DNA from: Octopus vulgaris
Taxonomy: Eukaryota
Length of the DNA stretch: 64,000 bases
Direction: 5' to 3'
Assembly: GCA_951406725.2 (NCBI GenBank)
Contig: OX597825.1
Location: 81,530,001-81,594,000 of the forward strand
Shown here: piece after piece, positions 26,675 to 40,904 of the stretch
Position numbering within the stretch: the first letter of the stretch is position 1
How the letters are laid out: the number at the start of each line of letters is the position of its first letter
Translations under genes and position numbers: made by a program
The notes under the pieces: model-generated
Database searches by the model: none
What the model saw: the letters and a program-made list of their open reading frames with translations, nothing else
Told to the model about the DNA's origin: nothing

Positions 26675-27290
26675 ACATACGTATATACACACATACATAC
26701 ACACATGAATACATAGATATATATACACACATACACACATACATACACTCATACATATATGCATACACACATACATACGCACACATACATATATACATAC
26801 ATAAATACATACATATACACATACACACACATACACACACATACATGCACGCGTACATACATACATACATACATACATACATACATACATACATACATAC
26901 ATACATACGTACGTACGTACGAACGTTCATAAACGCAAGCTAAGATCTTTTACATATAAATATAGTGAGAATTTACAAAAAAAAACAAAACAAAGACTTT
27001 ATTCAAAGCCTACGCTCTTCAACAGAAAGGAACACAGAAATAAACAGGGAGAGAAAATAGAAAAAGGTTTAGTGGCTATCATGGCGACTGCCGGACAGAG
27101 AGGTCAGAAAAAAATATATATAAGGTAGTATCAAGAACACCTTGGAAACATTTCTCGGAAATTTTATAGTGGATGTTCATAGACATTTTTTTTATATATT
27201 TCATAATTTCTATCGAGTTGTTGTCAGTATCATATAAGTAAACCGAACCTGGGATGTTTATAAAACAAGCTTCAAATGTCATTTCATCTG

Positions 27291-27328
27291 CCGCCTGAAA
27301 ATCGGCAGCATGAAACTCTGAGTAGCGA
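27291..27328 (+). ncRNA. Degenerate hammerhead-like motif
   Basis: cgc CTGAAAA ... GAAA ctctgag TA gcg. Stems I and III pair; stem II has decayed and the core G8 position is changed. Confidence 0.35.
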
Positions 27329-27419
27329 CTTTCATAGAATCAGCTTCGAATCTGTGTATTGTGTGATACCGGAATAAAGGAGTACGATGGCGTCTAATGA
27401 TAGATAAATAGTCCTTTTT

Positions 27420-27990
27420 TTCTATTGGCACAAGGCATGAAATTTTAGGGGACAGGGCCAGTCGATTAGACCCACTCCAGTACTCAAACGGGACTTAATT
27501 TATCGACCTCGAAAGGATGAAAAGCAAAGTCGACCTCGGTGGAATTTGAACTCTGAACGTGAAAACGGACGAAATGTTGACAGACAAATAATAATAATAA
27601 GGGCTTCGATTTTTGGCACGAAACCAACAGGATCGACCTCAGTGTTTAACTGGTACTTATTTTATCGACCCCGATAGGATGAAAGGTAAAGTGGACTTTG
27701 GCAGAATTTGAGCTCAGAACGTGAAACGGACGAAATGCTGCTGTGCATTTTGTCCGGTGCGCTAACGGTTCTGCCAGCTCACTGTCTTAGTAAAAATATT
27801 AATAATGGTTTCAGATTTTTCCAGAAGGGCATCTATTTTAGGGGAGGAGATAAGTCGATTACATCGATCCCAGTGTTTTACTGATACCTAATTTATCGAC
27901 CTTGAAAGGATGAAAGGCAAAGTCGACCTCAGCGGAATTTGAACTCAGAACGTAACGACGGGAGAAATACTATTTAAGCATTTTGCTCGG
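27420..27990 (-). mobile_element. Cluster of three older SINE A copies
   Basis: Three occurrences of the tttatcgacc..aaggatgaaa..aaagt.gac.t.g..gaatttga.ctc.gaacgt core. Confidence 0.8.
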
Positions 27991-28424
27991 ATTAAATGAT
28001 CGATGAATAATAAAATACAGAGTTCGAAGTTGGATTTGGGTAATTTGAACGCGAGCGAAGGTGACAGAGAACGTGCAGAGAACGGTGCGAGGTTGACAGA
28101 GAACGTGCTAGAGCGCGCACTAGAGAGAGGGTTGGCGGTGGGAATAGGGAGAGAATGAGCGAATGAGAAAGAGAAAGTGGATTGTGAAAAAGAGGGGAGG
28201 AAAAAAGATGAGGAGGAGAGGAAAAGTGATGAGGCGCGAATTAATTGTGTTCTTTGTTGAGAGGGAAACGGAAGCGGAAATGTATCTTGTTTGTCACTTG
28301 CCTCATCTGTTTAGGAAACAGTTTATTGCAGCCACAATTCTTCACCCCTGCCTCTACAAACATCCTAACCATCACCGCTAATAGCACCATCACCACTACC
28401 ATCCTCATCCTCATCTGTACTGCC

Positions 28425-28458
<34 letters not shown>

Positions 28459-28773
28459 CAGCAGCGGCACCACAATGTTTATTTATTATATTATATTTAT
28501 TCACGCGTTATTATCTTTGTTTTTACCTTTTTTTTTTATCTCTTTCGATTTATTTATTTTTCATTTTTCATTTTTCGTTATTTTTCTTTCATTTTTCACT
28601 ACCCCCACCCACCTTTTTTTACTCCGGAGATCGTCTGCCAGTGGCTTGGTGGTGAGAGTGATTCTTCGAATTTGATGCTAATTCACCCCATCTCCAACTC
28701 CAACTTGACGTAGATTTAATTTCCATGTTACAAACCTCCTAACAACTTCCTTGTTAAATAAATTTCCTTTCCA

Positions 28774-29335
28774 AGACGGCGAGCTGGCAGAAACGTTAGC
28801 ACGCTGGACGAAATACTTAGCAGTATTGCGTCTGTCTTTACGTTCTGAGTTCAAATTCTACCGAGGCTGACTTTGCTTTTTATCCTTTCGGGGTCGATTA
28901 AATAAGTACCAGTTACGCACTGGAGTCGATGTAATCGATTTCATCCGTTTGTCTGTCCTTGTTTGTCCCCTCTGTGTTTAGCCCCTTGTGAGTCGTAAAG
29001 CAATAGAAATAGGTATTGCGTCTGTCTTTGCGTTATGAGTTCAATTTTCGCCGAGGTCGACTTTGCTTTTCATCCTTTTGGGGTCGATAAATTAAGTACC
29101 AGTTGAGTAATGGGGTTATTATTAGTATTACTATTAAGGCGGCCAGCCGACAGGATCGTTAGGACACCGGATAAAATACTTTGTGGCATTTTGTCTGACT
29201 TTACGTTCTGAGTTCAAATTCCACTGAGGTTGTCTTTCCTTTTCATCCTTTCGGGGTCAATAAAACAAGTACCAGTAAAACACTGGGTCAATGCAATCAG
29301 CTTACCCCCTTCCCGTGAAATTACTGACTGTGTAC
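28774..29335 (+). mobile_element. SINE A cluster: young unit, head-less second unit, then an older copy
   Basis: Head gacggcgagctggcagaaacgttagc at 28775, junction agaaata|ggtattgcgtctg near 29010, and a new head near 29137. Confidence 0.82.
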
Positions 29336-29417
29336 TTTAAACTAATACATCTGTTTGTTGTCTACACCACCTGTCTTCGTCTTTTACTTTTTTTGTGAAT
29401 TCTCCCTATATATATAT

Positions 29418-29481
<64 letters not shown>

Positions 29482-29482
<1 letters not shown>

Positions 29483-29750
29483 CCAACTAAACTCGACTAA
29501 TGGTATGAATAACGAATAACACCTACATTGCTAGAAATAGGAGCTAAAATGCTCCAATACTGTTACTGAAGATGGCTACGGAAATGGCTGAAACTGGCCG
29601 GTCAGTCTAAGGAATTCTCCGTTCGGTTTTCGGGGCGATTGCAGCTCCTATCAGAGTATATGTTATGTGTTTTGTAACAGCGTTGGAGTATTTTAGCTCC
29701 TATTTCTAGCAATGTAGATGTTGTTCACATCCTTAATCGAGTTTAGATGG
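29482..29750. repeat. Inverted repeat (~80-bp arms) enclosing a hammerhead-like motif at 29567-29606 (+)
   Basis: Arms ctacattgctagaaataggagctaaaatgctccaa and ttggagtattttagctcctatttctagcaatgtag. The loop contains CTGAAGA t ggcta-cggaaa-tggct GAAA ctggccgg TC. Confidence 0.7.
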
Positions 29751-29859
29751 CGACTATAATTTTCCTTTACGATATAACGTTGCATAAAACTGTTTTATCA
29801 GTTATATAAAATGTGTTGATAAAATGGCATGATGGTATATTCTCACCATTGCAACCAGT

Positions 29860-30110
29860 ACCACCACAACCACCGTCAACATCACCACCACCACCACCAT
29901 AACCACCACCAACACCACCAACACCACCAACACCACCAACACCACCACAACCACCGTCAACATCACCACCACCACCATAACCACCACCACCACCACCACC
30001 ACCACAGCCACCGTCAACATCACCACCACCACCACCACAACCACCACCATCACCATAACCACCACCATAACCACCACCACCACCACCACCACCATCACCA
30101 CCACCACTGT
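29860..30110. repeat. (CAC)n-based minisatellite with a recurring accgtcaacatc unit
   Basis: ccgtcaacatcaccaccacc occurs three times. Confidence 0.85.
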
Positions 30111-30335
30111 CATCATCATCTTTACTACCACCGTAATTAACACAAAACCTTGGTCCATATTTTAGCATATGGCCAACGCTAGTGACATGAAATTGTGCTC
30201 ATCCAAGTGTTTCAAGTTTGACCGCCATTGCAGCAGGCAAAATGGATACCGCAATAGCACAACTTCCGTCTTCTTTGCCGGCGGCTATGTAGATATATAC
30301 AATAACAACGGCCCGTATATTTCCAGCAGAGTCCC

Positions 30336-30413
<78 letters not shown>

Positions 30414-30423
30414 TAATAATAAT

Positions 30424-30466
<43 letters not shown>

Positions 30467-31083
30467 GTAATAATAATCGAATGCTAGATGTAATAATATG
30501 AGTTCGTTTTCCATTAACCTGATGAAATAAGTTCATTGGACGAGCCTACAAAACTTAAGGTTGCATGGAACAAATTAAATTGTTATTAAAATGATATATG
30601 CAATTCCTGTCCTACGTATTGAGTTCTACTTTCTTTCGTTTTTATTTACCTAAATATATACCAAAATAAACTGTAATTACCACACCAGTATTTCTAATAA
30701 GCAGTGTAGCCTTCGGTGGTGCTACGAGGATTGCAAGAAGGACGGACAAATTGCCTTGTTTAATATAATTTAGAGAGTTTAAATTTTTTTTGAAAATCTT
30801 GTCGAAAATCTTGGCGTGTAAAGAAGAATAAACTCAGTCTCCATTTTGTCTTGTCATTCAAAAAGTAAAATGGCTACGTGACGAGGCGTTTTCGTTAATT
30901 TTACTTTTATACGCTTTTATTCATTTTTTTAAATTTCAACTTTTCTTACTATTTATCATTTTTGTCCATGATTTGGGTTTCTCAGTCTCACAGCAGATGT
31001 CTTGCAATATTTTGCTAAGTAGTGTGATTACACACATACACAAACACGCACACACGCACACACACATGCATACATAGGCGGAC

Positions 31084-31167
<84 letters not shown>

Positions 31168-31296
31168 ATATTATATCTATCTATCTATCTATCTATCTAT
31201 ATATATATATATATATATATATACAGTTTAAATACATAGCGTATATATATATACAATATATATACACACATATATATATGTATATATAGAGAGATG

Positions 31297-31390
<94 letters not shown>

Positions 31391-31645
31391 CAGACAGATA
31401 GATAGATATAGATATACACGTTAAAACTCAAATGATGACATGAGTGCTCAGTACCGCATTGGTGGATATAATTTCTTTATTTGTGAATAAAGGCTACCAT
31501 TGGTTTCATGTTAGGAAAGTAGGAAAATATCCTAGCGTCTTAACAATTTTTCAAGCCGATCACTGGGAGAAAGGTGTTCGCTTCTATTTCGAAAAATGGA
31601 ATACATATATACCTAGATACATACATATATATAAGTGTGTATATG

Positions 31646-31749
<104 letters not shown>

Positions 31750-32036
31750 TATATAATTACATATGTGTTTATATACATATATTTATATATATATACTTGT
31801 GACGCATTTTTTATAATCTCTGACATTTTTGTTTTGTTGTTTATTAATATATTTATTGTGTTATTTTAACCAATGTCAATTCACACAATACGAAGGTGTG
31901 TGTGTGTTTTTGTACATAATTAAATCAAATATTTATGCGTAAATTTGTATTCCTTCAAAACATTTGCACATATATGTATACATGTATTTATATATGTATG
32001 TATGTATGTATTTATCTATCTATATATTTATCTATC

Positions 32037-32097
<61 letters not shown>

Positions 32098-32394
32098 ATA
32101 AGAATGTTTATGTATATTTATTATAAAACAGCACAAAATACATGTGTGTGTGTGTGTTTGTGTGTGTGTATGAATTAAAGTACTGTCACAGTATGTTCTT
32201 GAATAAATTGCAAGTTTACATGTGTAAGTTTAATGAATATAAATTTAGCCTCCAGCAAGGCTAAATACGCGTTTATCACATTTACACGTATAAACTTATT
32301 TAAAATTTATATCCATGCATATGTATGTATGTATGTATGTATGTATATATGAATGTATGTATGTATGTATGTATGTATGTATGTATGTATATAT

Positions 32395-32432
<38 letters not shown>

Positions 32433-32625
32433 ATATATATAGGTACGTATATATATGTATGTTATTATATAAATATGTATACGAATGCATATATATATGC
32501 ACATATGTACATATACATATATACATATATTTGTACGGCAGTTGAGATATGTGTACAAACACGCACACACACATACACACACATGCACGCACTCACGTTT
32601 ATATATATGTATATATATATATATG

Positions 32626-32728
<103 letters not shown>

Positions 32729-34012
32729 GCACGTATGCCAAGCACACATAGGCACACATTATGCCTTTATGTTTATTTTATGTGTGTCCCTAACCCCATC
32801 GACTCCAAACCGCGCCCTAGAAACTCCCTGCAGCTACTCCGACCATCTGTTGTCCCTGGTCTCTGTGCCAAATGTTTCGCTTACAGCAGTATTTAAGGGG
32901 TCGAATCGACGCACCTTTGAGACTAACAGCATCAAAGCAACAACAACTGCAATGACGGCAACAAGAACAACACGACTATCGATAATTACACCAATAACTT
33001 CGCCAACAGTTCTTGGAGAAAGTCAGCCATGACAAATAGATTCAAAGTGTAAATGAAATGAAAGCGATCGGCAGACGAAATTAAATCATGGCAGAGGAAG
33101 GATGACGACCACCACGACGGAGAGGAGGGGCGATCGCGTTCAGTGTGGCACTCGTTATGATGGTATTGATGGTGGTGATGATGATGGTGATGATGATGAT
33201 GATGATGATGATGACGATGGCGATGATGATCATGGTGTTCATTATGATGATGATGGCAACCATACGATCGTCGTTATTGTGGTGATAAGGTGAAGAAGAA
33301 GAAGAAGAAGAAGAAGAAGAAGAAGAAGAAAAGAAGAAGAAGAAGAAGAAGAAGAAGAAGAAGAAGAAGATTTAGGAAGAGAAGTAAGAGATGAAGAAGA
33401 ACTAGGAAGAGGGAAAGAAGAAGAAGAAAAAGGAAGAGGAGGAGAAGAATTAGGAAGAAAAGAAGAAGGAGAAGAAGAAGAAGAAGAAGAAGAAGGAGAA
33501 GAAGAAGGTGATGATGAGGATGATAACTACTACTACTACTACTACTACAACGACTGTGACGACTATTGCAATGGTGAAGACAAAGAATGACTCCCCGTAG
33601 CCACGGGGGCCATTTTCTCATTTCAGTTTTTAGTCTTCTTTTTTCGCCTTTTGTTTAATTTTTGCCTTTATTTCTGTATTTCTTGCAAAGTGATGTTGGT
33701 TTTGCGGCTGACAGTGTCTGACCCCCACCCACAACCACCACCACCACCACCACCACCACTACCTTCGTTGAAAATGGGAATCTGGAGAAACTGTGATAGG
33801 GAGCTACGGCCAACCGAGAGTATAATTACCAACGTTTAACACTCGTTTAGCTATTCCTATCACACTGAGAACAATAATAACTATCATGATGATAATAATA
33901 GCTATAGTAATGATGATGACGACGATGATGATGATGATGATGATATATATATATATATATTTACATATATATGTACATATATATAAATGTACGCGCGCGC
34001 ACACATATAATG

Positions 34013-34176
34013 GTGTCTTCCCTTCTTTGGATCTTTCCTTTTCCTATGATTCTGACGAAGAGCTCCGCTCGAAACGTTAAACCCTCCTACTTTCCTGAGC
34101 GTCCAATAATACTATACTTGTTCCACGTCCTCACGTTGTTGTGTTTTCTCTTTGTGTTTTCATGTTTGGATTAAGT
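34013..34176 (+). mobile_element. Family H hammerhead-bearing repeat, 5'-truncated
   Basis: tt CTGACGA a gagc-tcc-gctc GAAA cgt TA aa at 34050-34081. Confidence 0.78.
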
Positions 34177-34671
34177 TTGTATATATATATATAGGTACAG
34201 GAGTGGCTGTGTGGTAAGTAGCTTGCTTACTTTCCATGAGTCTCTGTTGTCAGTGTGCGTATGTGTCATTGTGTTGTGCACTGATTTGAAAGAGAATTTG
34301 AAACTGAGAAGAAGAGTTGAAAAAGAAGATGTCTTTGTCTACATATCGATAAAGGAATCACACCCAAATATTTTTCGACATGTAGAAGCAAGCATCATTT
34401 CTTTTCCTACCACAAAGATGATGGAATCTCCATTTTCAGCTGCTGTAGATATTTTAAGTAGAAAAAGAAATTAGATGTCAACAGCAGGGGAACTATCAGA
34501 CTAAGCTAAGAGCACTAGATTCCTTGGAAGAAAGCAGCGAATGTATACGAAAACAAGGACAAAAAAAAACGGAGAAATGGTACACAAATACAAATGCAAA
34601 TAACAGGACATAACAACAGGTGTCTTTCGACTAAGGACGAATTAAATTAAGCAGGCATATATATATATATG

Positions 34672-34847
34672 AGAGGGAATTTTACCACTATGTGGTAACC
34701 CTTATGCTAGAAGATCCGCTATGGTCTTAACCACTAAGAATTGTTCTCTAGAAAATTTAGCAAACACCAGAACAATTCTTAGTGGTTAAGACCATAGCGG
34801 ATCTTCTTCTAGCATAAAGATTTCCACATAGTGGTAAAATTCCCTCT
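34672..34847. repeat. Near-perfect hairpin with ~76-bp arms and a 21-nt loop (MITE-like or fold-back)
   Basis: agagggaattttaccactatgtgg...ttgttct versus agaacaa...ccacatagtggtaaaattccctct; TA-rich flanks. Confidence 0.88.
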
Positions 34848-34971
34848 TATATTTATATATGTAATACTATTTACTGAATCTCCGATCTTTTTATATGCTA
34901 GACCACTGGTGTTAAAATTGATGCTATCAAATTAATATCCAATTTTTCACCCTCATTTTAATTTTAACTTT

Positions 34972-35025
<54 letters not shown>

Positions 35026-35029
<4 letters not shown>

Positions 35030-35413
35030 CGCCCGGCGTTGCTCGGGTTTGTTTCGACCCTTTAGAATTGGAATTTTTGAAAAGTAAAAATTTTGCATTA
35101 TGTAGCTTGTTATTCTCTTTAAGTGAACATTTTTCTGGTTGAAGTACACCGACAAATGGCGACACAGCAGTAAAATAATCGTAAAAAATAGGGATTTTCA
35201 TAGAGAAAGAAGCACCTTTTTGATGTAAATAATTTTTGGTGTTAACCTGGTCCGATTTGAATTTCTTCTTCTACGGAATGAAGAGCATACCTTCTTCTAT
35301 CATACTCTCAATTTTGGTCAACTTGCGCCGCAGGGTCTCGGAGGAGATAGTGTTAGTTGAAGGCTACCAAACCTGCCATACACAGACAACTTCAGCTTTA
35401 TATAGAGAGAGAT
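35026..35413 (-). mobile_element. Non-autonomous Helitron-like element
   Basis: The minus strand starts a|TCtctctctatataaagctgaagttgtctg and has a GC-rich subterminal hairpin (cccgagcaacgccggg). The terminal CTRR is not seen; (TA)n follows instead. Confidence 0.65.
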
Positions 35414-35757
35414 TTAATCAATTTACTGCTTAACCTAAACATTTTGTCATTCAGTTATTAGAATTATCAGAAAGAGAAAAAAGTTCTTTGATAAATTAAA
35501 TTCTTAATTGAAGAATCCCCATCACATTTACAAGAAATAATTTTCGGTTAACTTTGCTAAATAAAATAACATTTCTTGCTCAGGAATTGTCGATTTGATT
35601 GAAAAAAAAAACTGATGACAAAAGCGAAAGGAACGATTTTGCTTGAGGTTATCTTTAGGTTTTCATCAATATAAACTTCTTTGGATGAAAATATGAAAAC
35701 CTGAAGGTTTATTGGGAAATTATACACACACACACACATATATATATATACATACGT

Positions 35758-35809
<52 letters not shown>

Positions 35810-35814
35810 GAATG

Positions 35815-35846
<32 letters not shown>

Positions 35847-37186
35847 CATATATATATATACATTCACATACCTGATATATATATATATATAAACATATAT
35901 ACAGATACATATATGCACATACATATATACTTGTAAAAATATATACATGCATACGTTCATACACTTGTATATATGTATACATACAATCATAGGTAATTTC
36001 AATCTATCTTCTCTTCTTTATACACACACACACACATATATTATATATGTATGCATGTTTGTAGGCATGTATTTATATATGTATATATGTATGTATGTAT
36101 ATGTATGTTTGTATATATATATATATATATATATATCTTCGGCAGCCTCTTTCTTTTACAGTCTCTATTATTCATTTTAATTACAAATACTAATTTATAT
36201 TCTACAGATTCCTCCATGAATTTATAATCGCGTTTTACATTAGGAAAGAAGTAAATTACAGACATTGTTAAATCTTTCTGAATCAGGCGGAATTACGCAT
36301 GGCTGCCATTGTTTTCCGGTTTCCTCAAAGTTCAGAGGACGAGAGAGAAAATTCAACAAATGTACAGAATATTGGATATTTTAATAGATTCTTGCTTTTT
36401 TTAGCATTGTTATAACAATTAATATTTCATTGTTACTGTCAAAAAAGGCGGACGATTATTGGCCGTCGGCGATATAAGCAGGTGTGCTTACATGCACCAC
36501 AGATGTATATGAGGGATCCTTACATGGTAAACAACGCATTATTCTGTGTTCTGATACAGCAACCACTTTGATTTTTTTGTGTGTGATATTTTTTTTCATT
36601 TAATTTGTTTCAGTTTTAAAAGTGAGTAAATAGCAAAAATCCGTCGATTTTTGTTGTTGTTGGTGAGATTAAAATAAACATTTTGAGATAAACAAGCGAA
36701 AACAAATCAACTTTACTCACACACTAACACGCATGCATGCACATACACACACACACACAAACCCCCCACACACACACATACACGCACACATACGCATACA
36801 CACACAGGCACATATATGTACGCTAACACACATACATACATACACATACACAGACACATACATATACGCACACACATGCACACTCATACACACACAGAGG
36901 TACACACAGAGAGGCACATACATATGCGCAAACACACATACATACACACACACACGCAGGCACATACATATACGCACACACATATATACACATACACACA
37001 CAGGCACATGCATATACGCACACACACATACATACATACACATACACATACATAGGCGCATATATACGCACACACACACATACATACGCATACACACACA
37101 CACAGGCACATACATATACACACACACATACATACATACACATACACATGCACACACACACCATTCCTTCCTTTGGTAACTTACAG

Positions 37187-37391
37187 CACCGTCCATGTTA
37201 CTTAGACGGACGTGAACATGGTTACTGGAAGTTAAGTGCCCTGGCTGTGGACAGGATATATGGCCGGCGGCGGCCCAGGGTGGGATCGTTCGAAGTCCCC
37301 TACACCGCGGCCATTTGCAGCCTATTAGAGAGAGAAATCCTCTTAAACAATTACACAATTACAGAGTTGAAACACATAGATTTGGTTCGTT
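37187..37391 (+). CDS. Candidate internal exon of an unknown host gene
   Basis: Unique GC-richer island between microsatellites, preceded by a pyrimidine tract plus ttacAG and followed by GTGAGT. One frame is open throughout (HRPCYLDGREHGYWK...LKHIDLVR). No homology recognised. Confidence 0.3.
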
Positions 37392-37424
37392 GTGAGTAGT
37401 GACAGCAGCAGCAGCAGCAGTAGC

Positions 37425-37501
<77 letters not shown>

Positions 37502-37527
37502 TAGTAGTAGTAGTAGTAGTAGTAGTT

Positions 37528-37607
<80 letters not shown>

Positions 37608-38029
37608 TGTAGTAGTAGTAGTAGGTAGTGGGAATGGAAGTAGTTACCGTGATGGTTGTGTTGTTGTTGTTGGTGGTGGTGGTAATGGAAGTGGCGGTGA
37701 TAGTAGTAGTAGTAGTAGTAGTAGCAGAAGCAGCAGTACTGGTAATGGTGATGTTGTTAGTGGGGATGAGGGTAGTGGCGTTGGAAAAAGAAGACTAATA
37801 ACAGTGAGAAGAAGAAGAAGAAGAAGAAGAAGAAGAAGAAGAAGAAGAAGAAGAAAAAGAAGAAGAACAACAACAACAACAAGAATTAGAAGGAGAAAAA
37901 GAAGAAGAAGAAGAAGAAGAAGAAGAAGAAGAAGAAGAAGAAGAAGAAGAAGAAGAAGAAGAAAACACAGATGAAGAAGAAATAAATGAGAACAAATACG
38001 GATGTCTTGCAATTACTGCAGGCAAAATA

Positions 38030-38085
<56 letters not shown>

Positions 38086-39106
38086 AAGAAGAAAAGAAAA
38101 CGGAAAAATAGAAATTTAAGCATTATAAATAAATAAATAAACAATAAAAAAAATTCGAATGTATTAATTAGCAGTAGTTAAACTCGCTAATGAAACTAAT
38201 GAGGTGTAAAATGTAATAGTAATTAGGAGATTTAAGATTAAATAACTGGAAATCTTGAGAGGAAAGAGTTAATTTATAAATGAGGGATTTTCGGAAATAG
38301 AAGAAAAAGAAAAATGGCGGCGAAAGGAAAGAAAAAAAAAAACATAGAAAAATTCGTGCGAACACAGATACACAGACATGCACACACATAGGCACACGCG
38401 AAAACATACACACATACACACGCAGACAAACGCATGCACACACATACGAATACTCAGGCACACACAAGCACGCGAGTATGTGCATGCACGCGAACGCACG
38501 TGCAGATACGCACAAACACGTATACACTCGCACCACATTTCCATGTACATGCGCAGACAAGTACACAGTACACACACGCGCGCATGCACACTAGCATCTA
38601 CCTCAAACGCATGCGCACGCGCGCGCAGACATACAGACAGAACCGCATGTGCGCAAGTACATATGCACACACACACATACACACGCACACACACAGACAC
38701 ACACTCACGCGCGCGTGTGATCGCATGCACGCACACGCTAAACCATAAACACGAACATACGGATTAATGAGGAAGCCAGTATGTGGTCGCCCAACCTGTT
38801 AGAAATAGCAGCAAATTTTCCTTCGTATCACACCCAATACTCCTAACAAAAAGAAGTCATAAGGACACATTAGATAACGTAGTCCCAGACAAATCCAGTT
38901 TAACAGATTTATTACCCATGGGCAAAGCATTGATTTGGGGGCCCCGCATAAGCAACCACATCATATATAGAAGTGAACATTGGACTACTAGACCGCAATA
39001 CCTGTCTTAAGGCGGAACAGATCTTGGATATATTATACGTTGTTAGAAATAACACCCACAAATCTCACTTAGAATATACCTTCTTTCTTAAAGATAAACT
39101 TGAAAG

Positions 39107-39272
39107 ATGGTTCTGACCCCCTTCGGTCACGAATGACCATGGGATTGCACCTAGAAAGTTACTCTCCGAGGCACAAGTCTGGGCAAGGTTGTTTATGGAA
39201 GACCAGCAGTCGCCCACGCATACCATCCTCCCCACTCCTCGCCACCAATGTTATCCAAAGGAAAGGCAAAGG
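39107..39272 (-). mobile_element. RTE-related fragment (5'-UTR-like segment plus RTE-like tail; bipartite or Ceph-domain SINE type)
   Basis: Minus strand ttggataacattggtggcg...gggcgactgctggtcttccataaacaaccttgcccag then cccatggtcattcgtgaccgaagg resembles RTE 5' UTR and 3' tail sequences as I recall them; not searched. Confidence 0.5.
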
Positions 39273-39276
39273 TGAC

Positions 39277-39536
39277 ATGTGTACCCTTAACGTAGTTCTC
39301 GGGGAGTGTGACAAGGCTGGCCCTTTGAAATACTGGTACAGCAGAAACAGGAAGAAAGAGTAAGAGAAATGTGTGGTGAAAAAGTACAGCAGGGTTCACC
39401 ACGACCCCCTGCCGGAGCCTCGTGGAGTTTTAGGTGTTTTCGCCCAATAAACACTCACAATGTCCGGTCTGGGAATCGAAACCGCGATCCAACGACCGCG
39501 AGCCCGCTGCCCTAACCACTGGGCCATTGCACCTCA
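39277..39536 (-). mobile_element. SINE family C (tail variant 2, truncated)
   Basis: Head tggcccagtggttagggcagcgggctcgcggtcgttggatcgcggtttcgattccca; body as in 49315-49683. Confidence 0.82.
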
Positions 39537-39794
39537 ACAAACTTGAAAGATACAATATCAGTTAAAAGAAAAAAGTGTTTAACACGGATTAGTGGCTCCA
39601 GTTTTCTCATGCTTCTGGGTTTGTTGCGTATATAAACGTATTGGCTGCTCGTTTCTCTGGGAGCGGATTAAAATTAATGTAGATATATCTGATTCGAAGC
39701 CATTAAGGTCCGAGATTCGATTACGGCGGTACACCGTTTTATTTTTTTCAATCTACGGAGAAATAGCTAAATATGCTCCGTTTGTATAACTGCT

Positions 39795-40430
39795 GTATAA
39801 ATACAAACTTGTAACCTGTTCAGAATATTCTTGAAGCGTATTCGAACCCGTAAGAAAACTTTTCACTTTGATTTGTCGTGGTGAAAATTTCTCGCTCTAT
39901 ATAGATAGGTGTAAACACATGGGGTCAGCCAGTAGCGCCCTCTAACCAGACAGTTATATGCATGCATTTCGGAGTGATTATCTCCTCCTCAGCAGCAGAG
40001 ACCATAAAAGTAGACTACGAAATTAGAGAGGTCCACCTTAAGATACTCCCGTCATCGTTCAATGACTGATTGTGCTGAATAGTAGCTCGCCTAAATAAAA
40101 TACAGAGTGACAGCGCAAAGCAGTGAAGTGTATAAGTATTAACTTTTTGCCAGTTCGAATATGTTTGGGGTGTACTCGAGTCCGTGAGAAAGGTATTCGC
40201 TGTATCTTGTCACGGAGAAAATTTCTAGCAGCAGACAGAAAGCTGTAAACTCATTGAATTAGTCCGCAGCGCTCCCAAACCTGACTCTTAGATTCATACA
40301 TTTCGAAGTGATTATCTCCTCTTCAGCAACAGAGACCCTGAAAGGTAGACACTACGAAAGGATACGAGAAGCAGGTCATCTTTATTCAGTGACTGGTTAC
40401 TCTATTCAACGGCTAGATAAGGAGAATATT
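39795..40430 (-). repeat. Diverged tandem dimer with ~334-bp period, each unit carrying a hammerhead core
   Basis: 39815-40025 aligns by eye with 40149-40360. Minus-strand cores are CTGAGGA ggag-ataatca-ctcc GAAA (39967-39992) and CTGAAGA ggag-ataatca-cttc GAAA (40301-40326). Confidence 0.7.
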
Positions 40431-40613
40431 ATTAGAAGCAGCCCGCTTTTTCTATTCAAAGGTATTCTTAGCATAATATTTACACATATTATAGTTTTTC
40501 TATACTTCGAGATCCAGTACCTAATTAGAATTATTTCATGTTCTCTCGAAAGTTTATAAATTCCACGGCCTCAACAACATATATATCTATCTCTCTATTT
40601 CTCTCTCTCCCTC

Positions 40614-40660
<47 letters not shown>

Positions 40661-40683
40661 ATCTATCTATCTCTATCTATCTG

Positions 40684-40747
<64 letters not shown>

Positions 40748-40858
40748 GAGGGTGAGAGTGTGTGTGTGTGTCTGTGTGTGTGTGTAAGAGTGAGAAAATA
40801 GATAGATAGATAGTTAGATAGATAGAGCGATACATGTATAAATGTGTTATATACATAA

Positions 40859-40904
<46 letters not shown>

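Noticed and set aside
29767-30168. Gly-rich ORF resembling a structural protein
   Set aside because: Arises from a (GGT)n-based minisatellite; it starts at a non-ATG codon, has no signal peptide, and other frames are also open.
35610-35635. CTGATGA...GAAA core words (similar partial hits near 291, 4567, 30519, 50268 and 58150)
   Set aside because: No stem II or no correctly placed GAAA; expected by chance.
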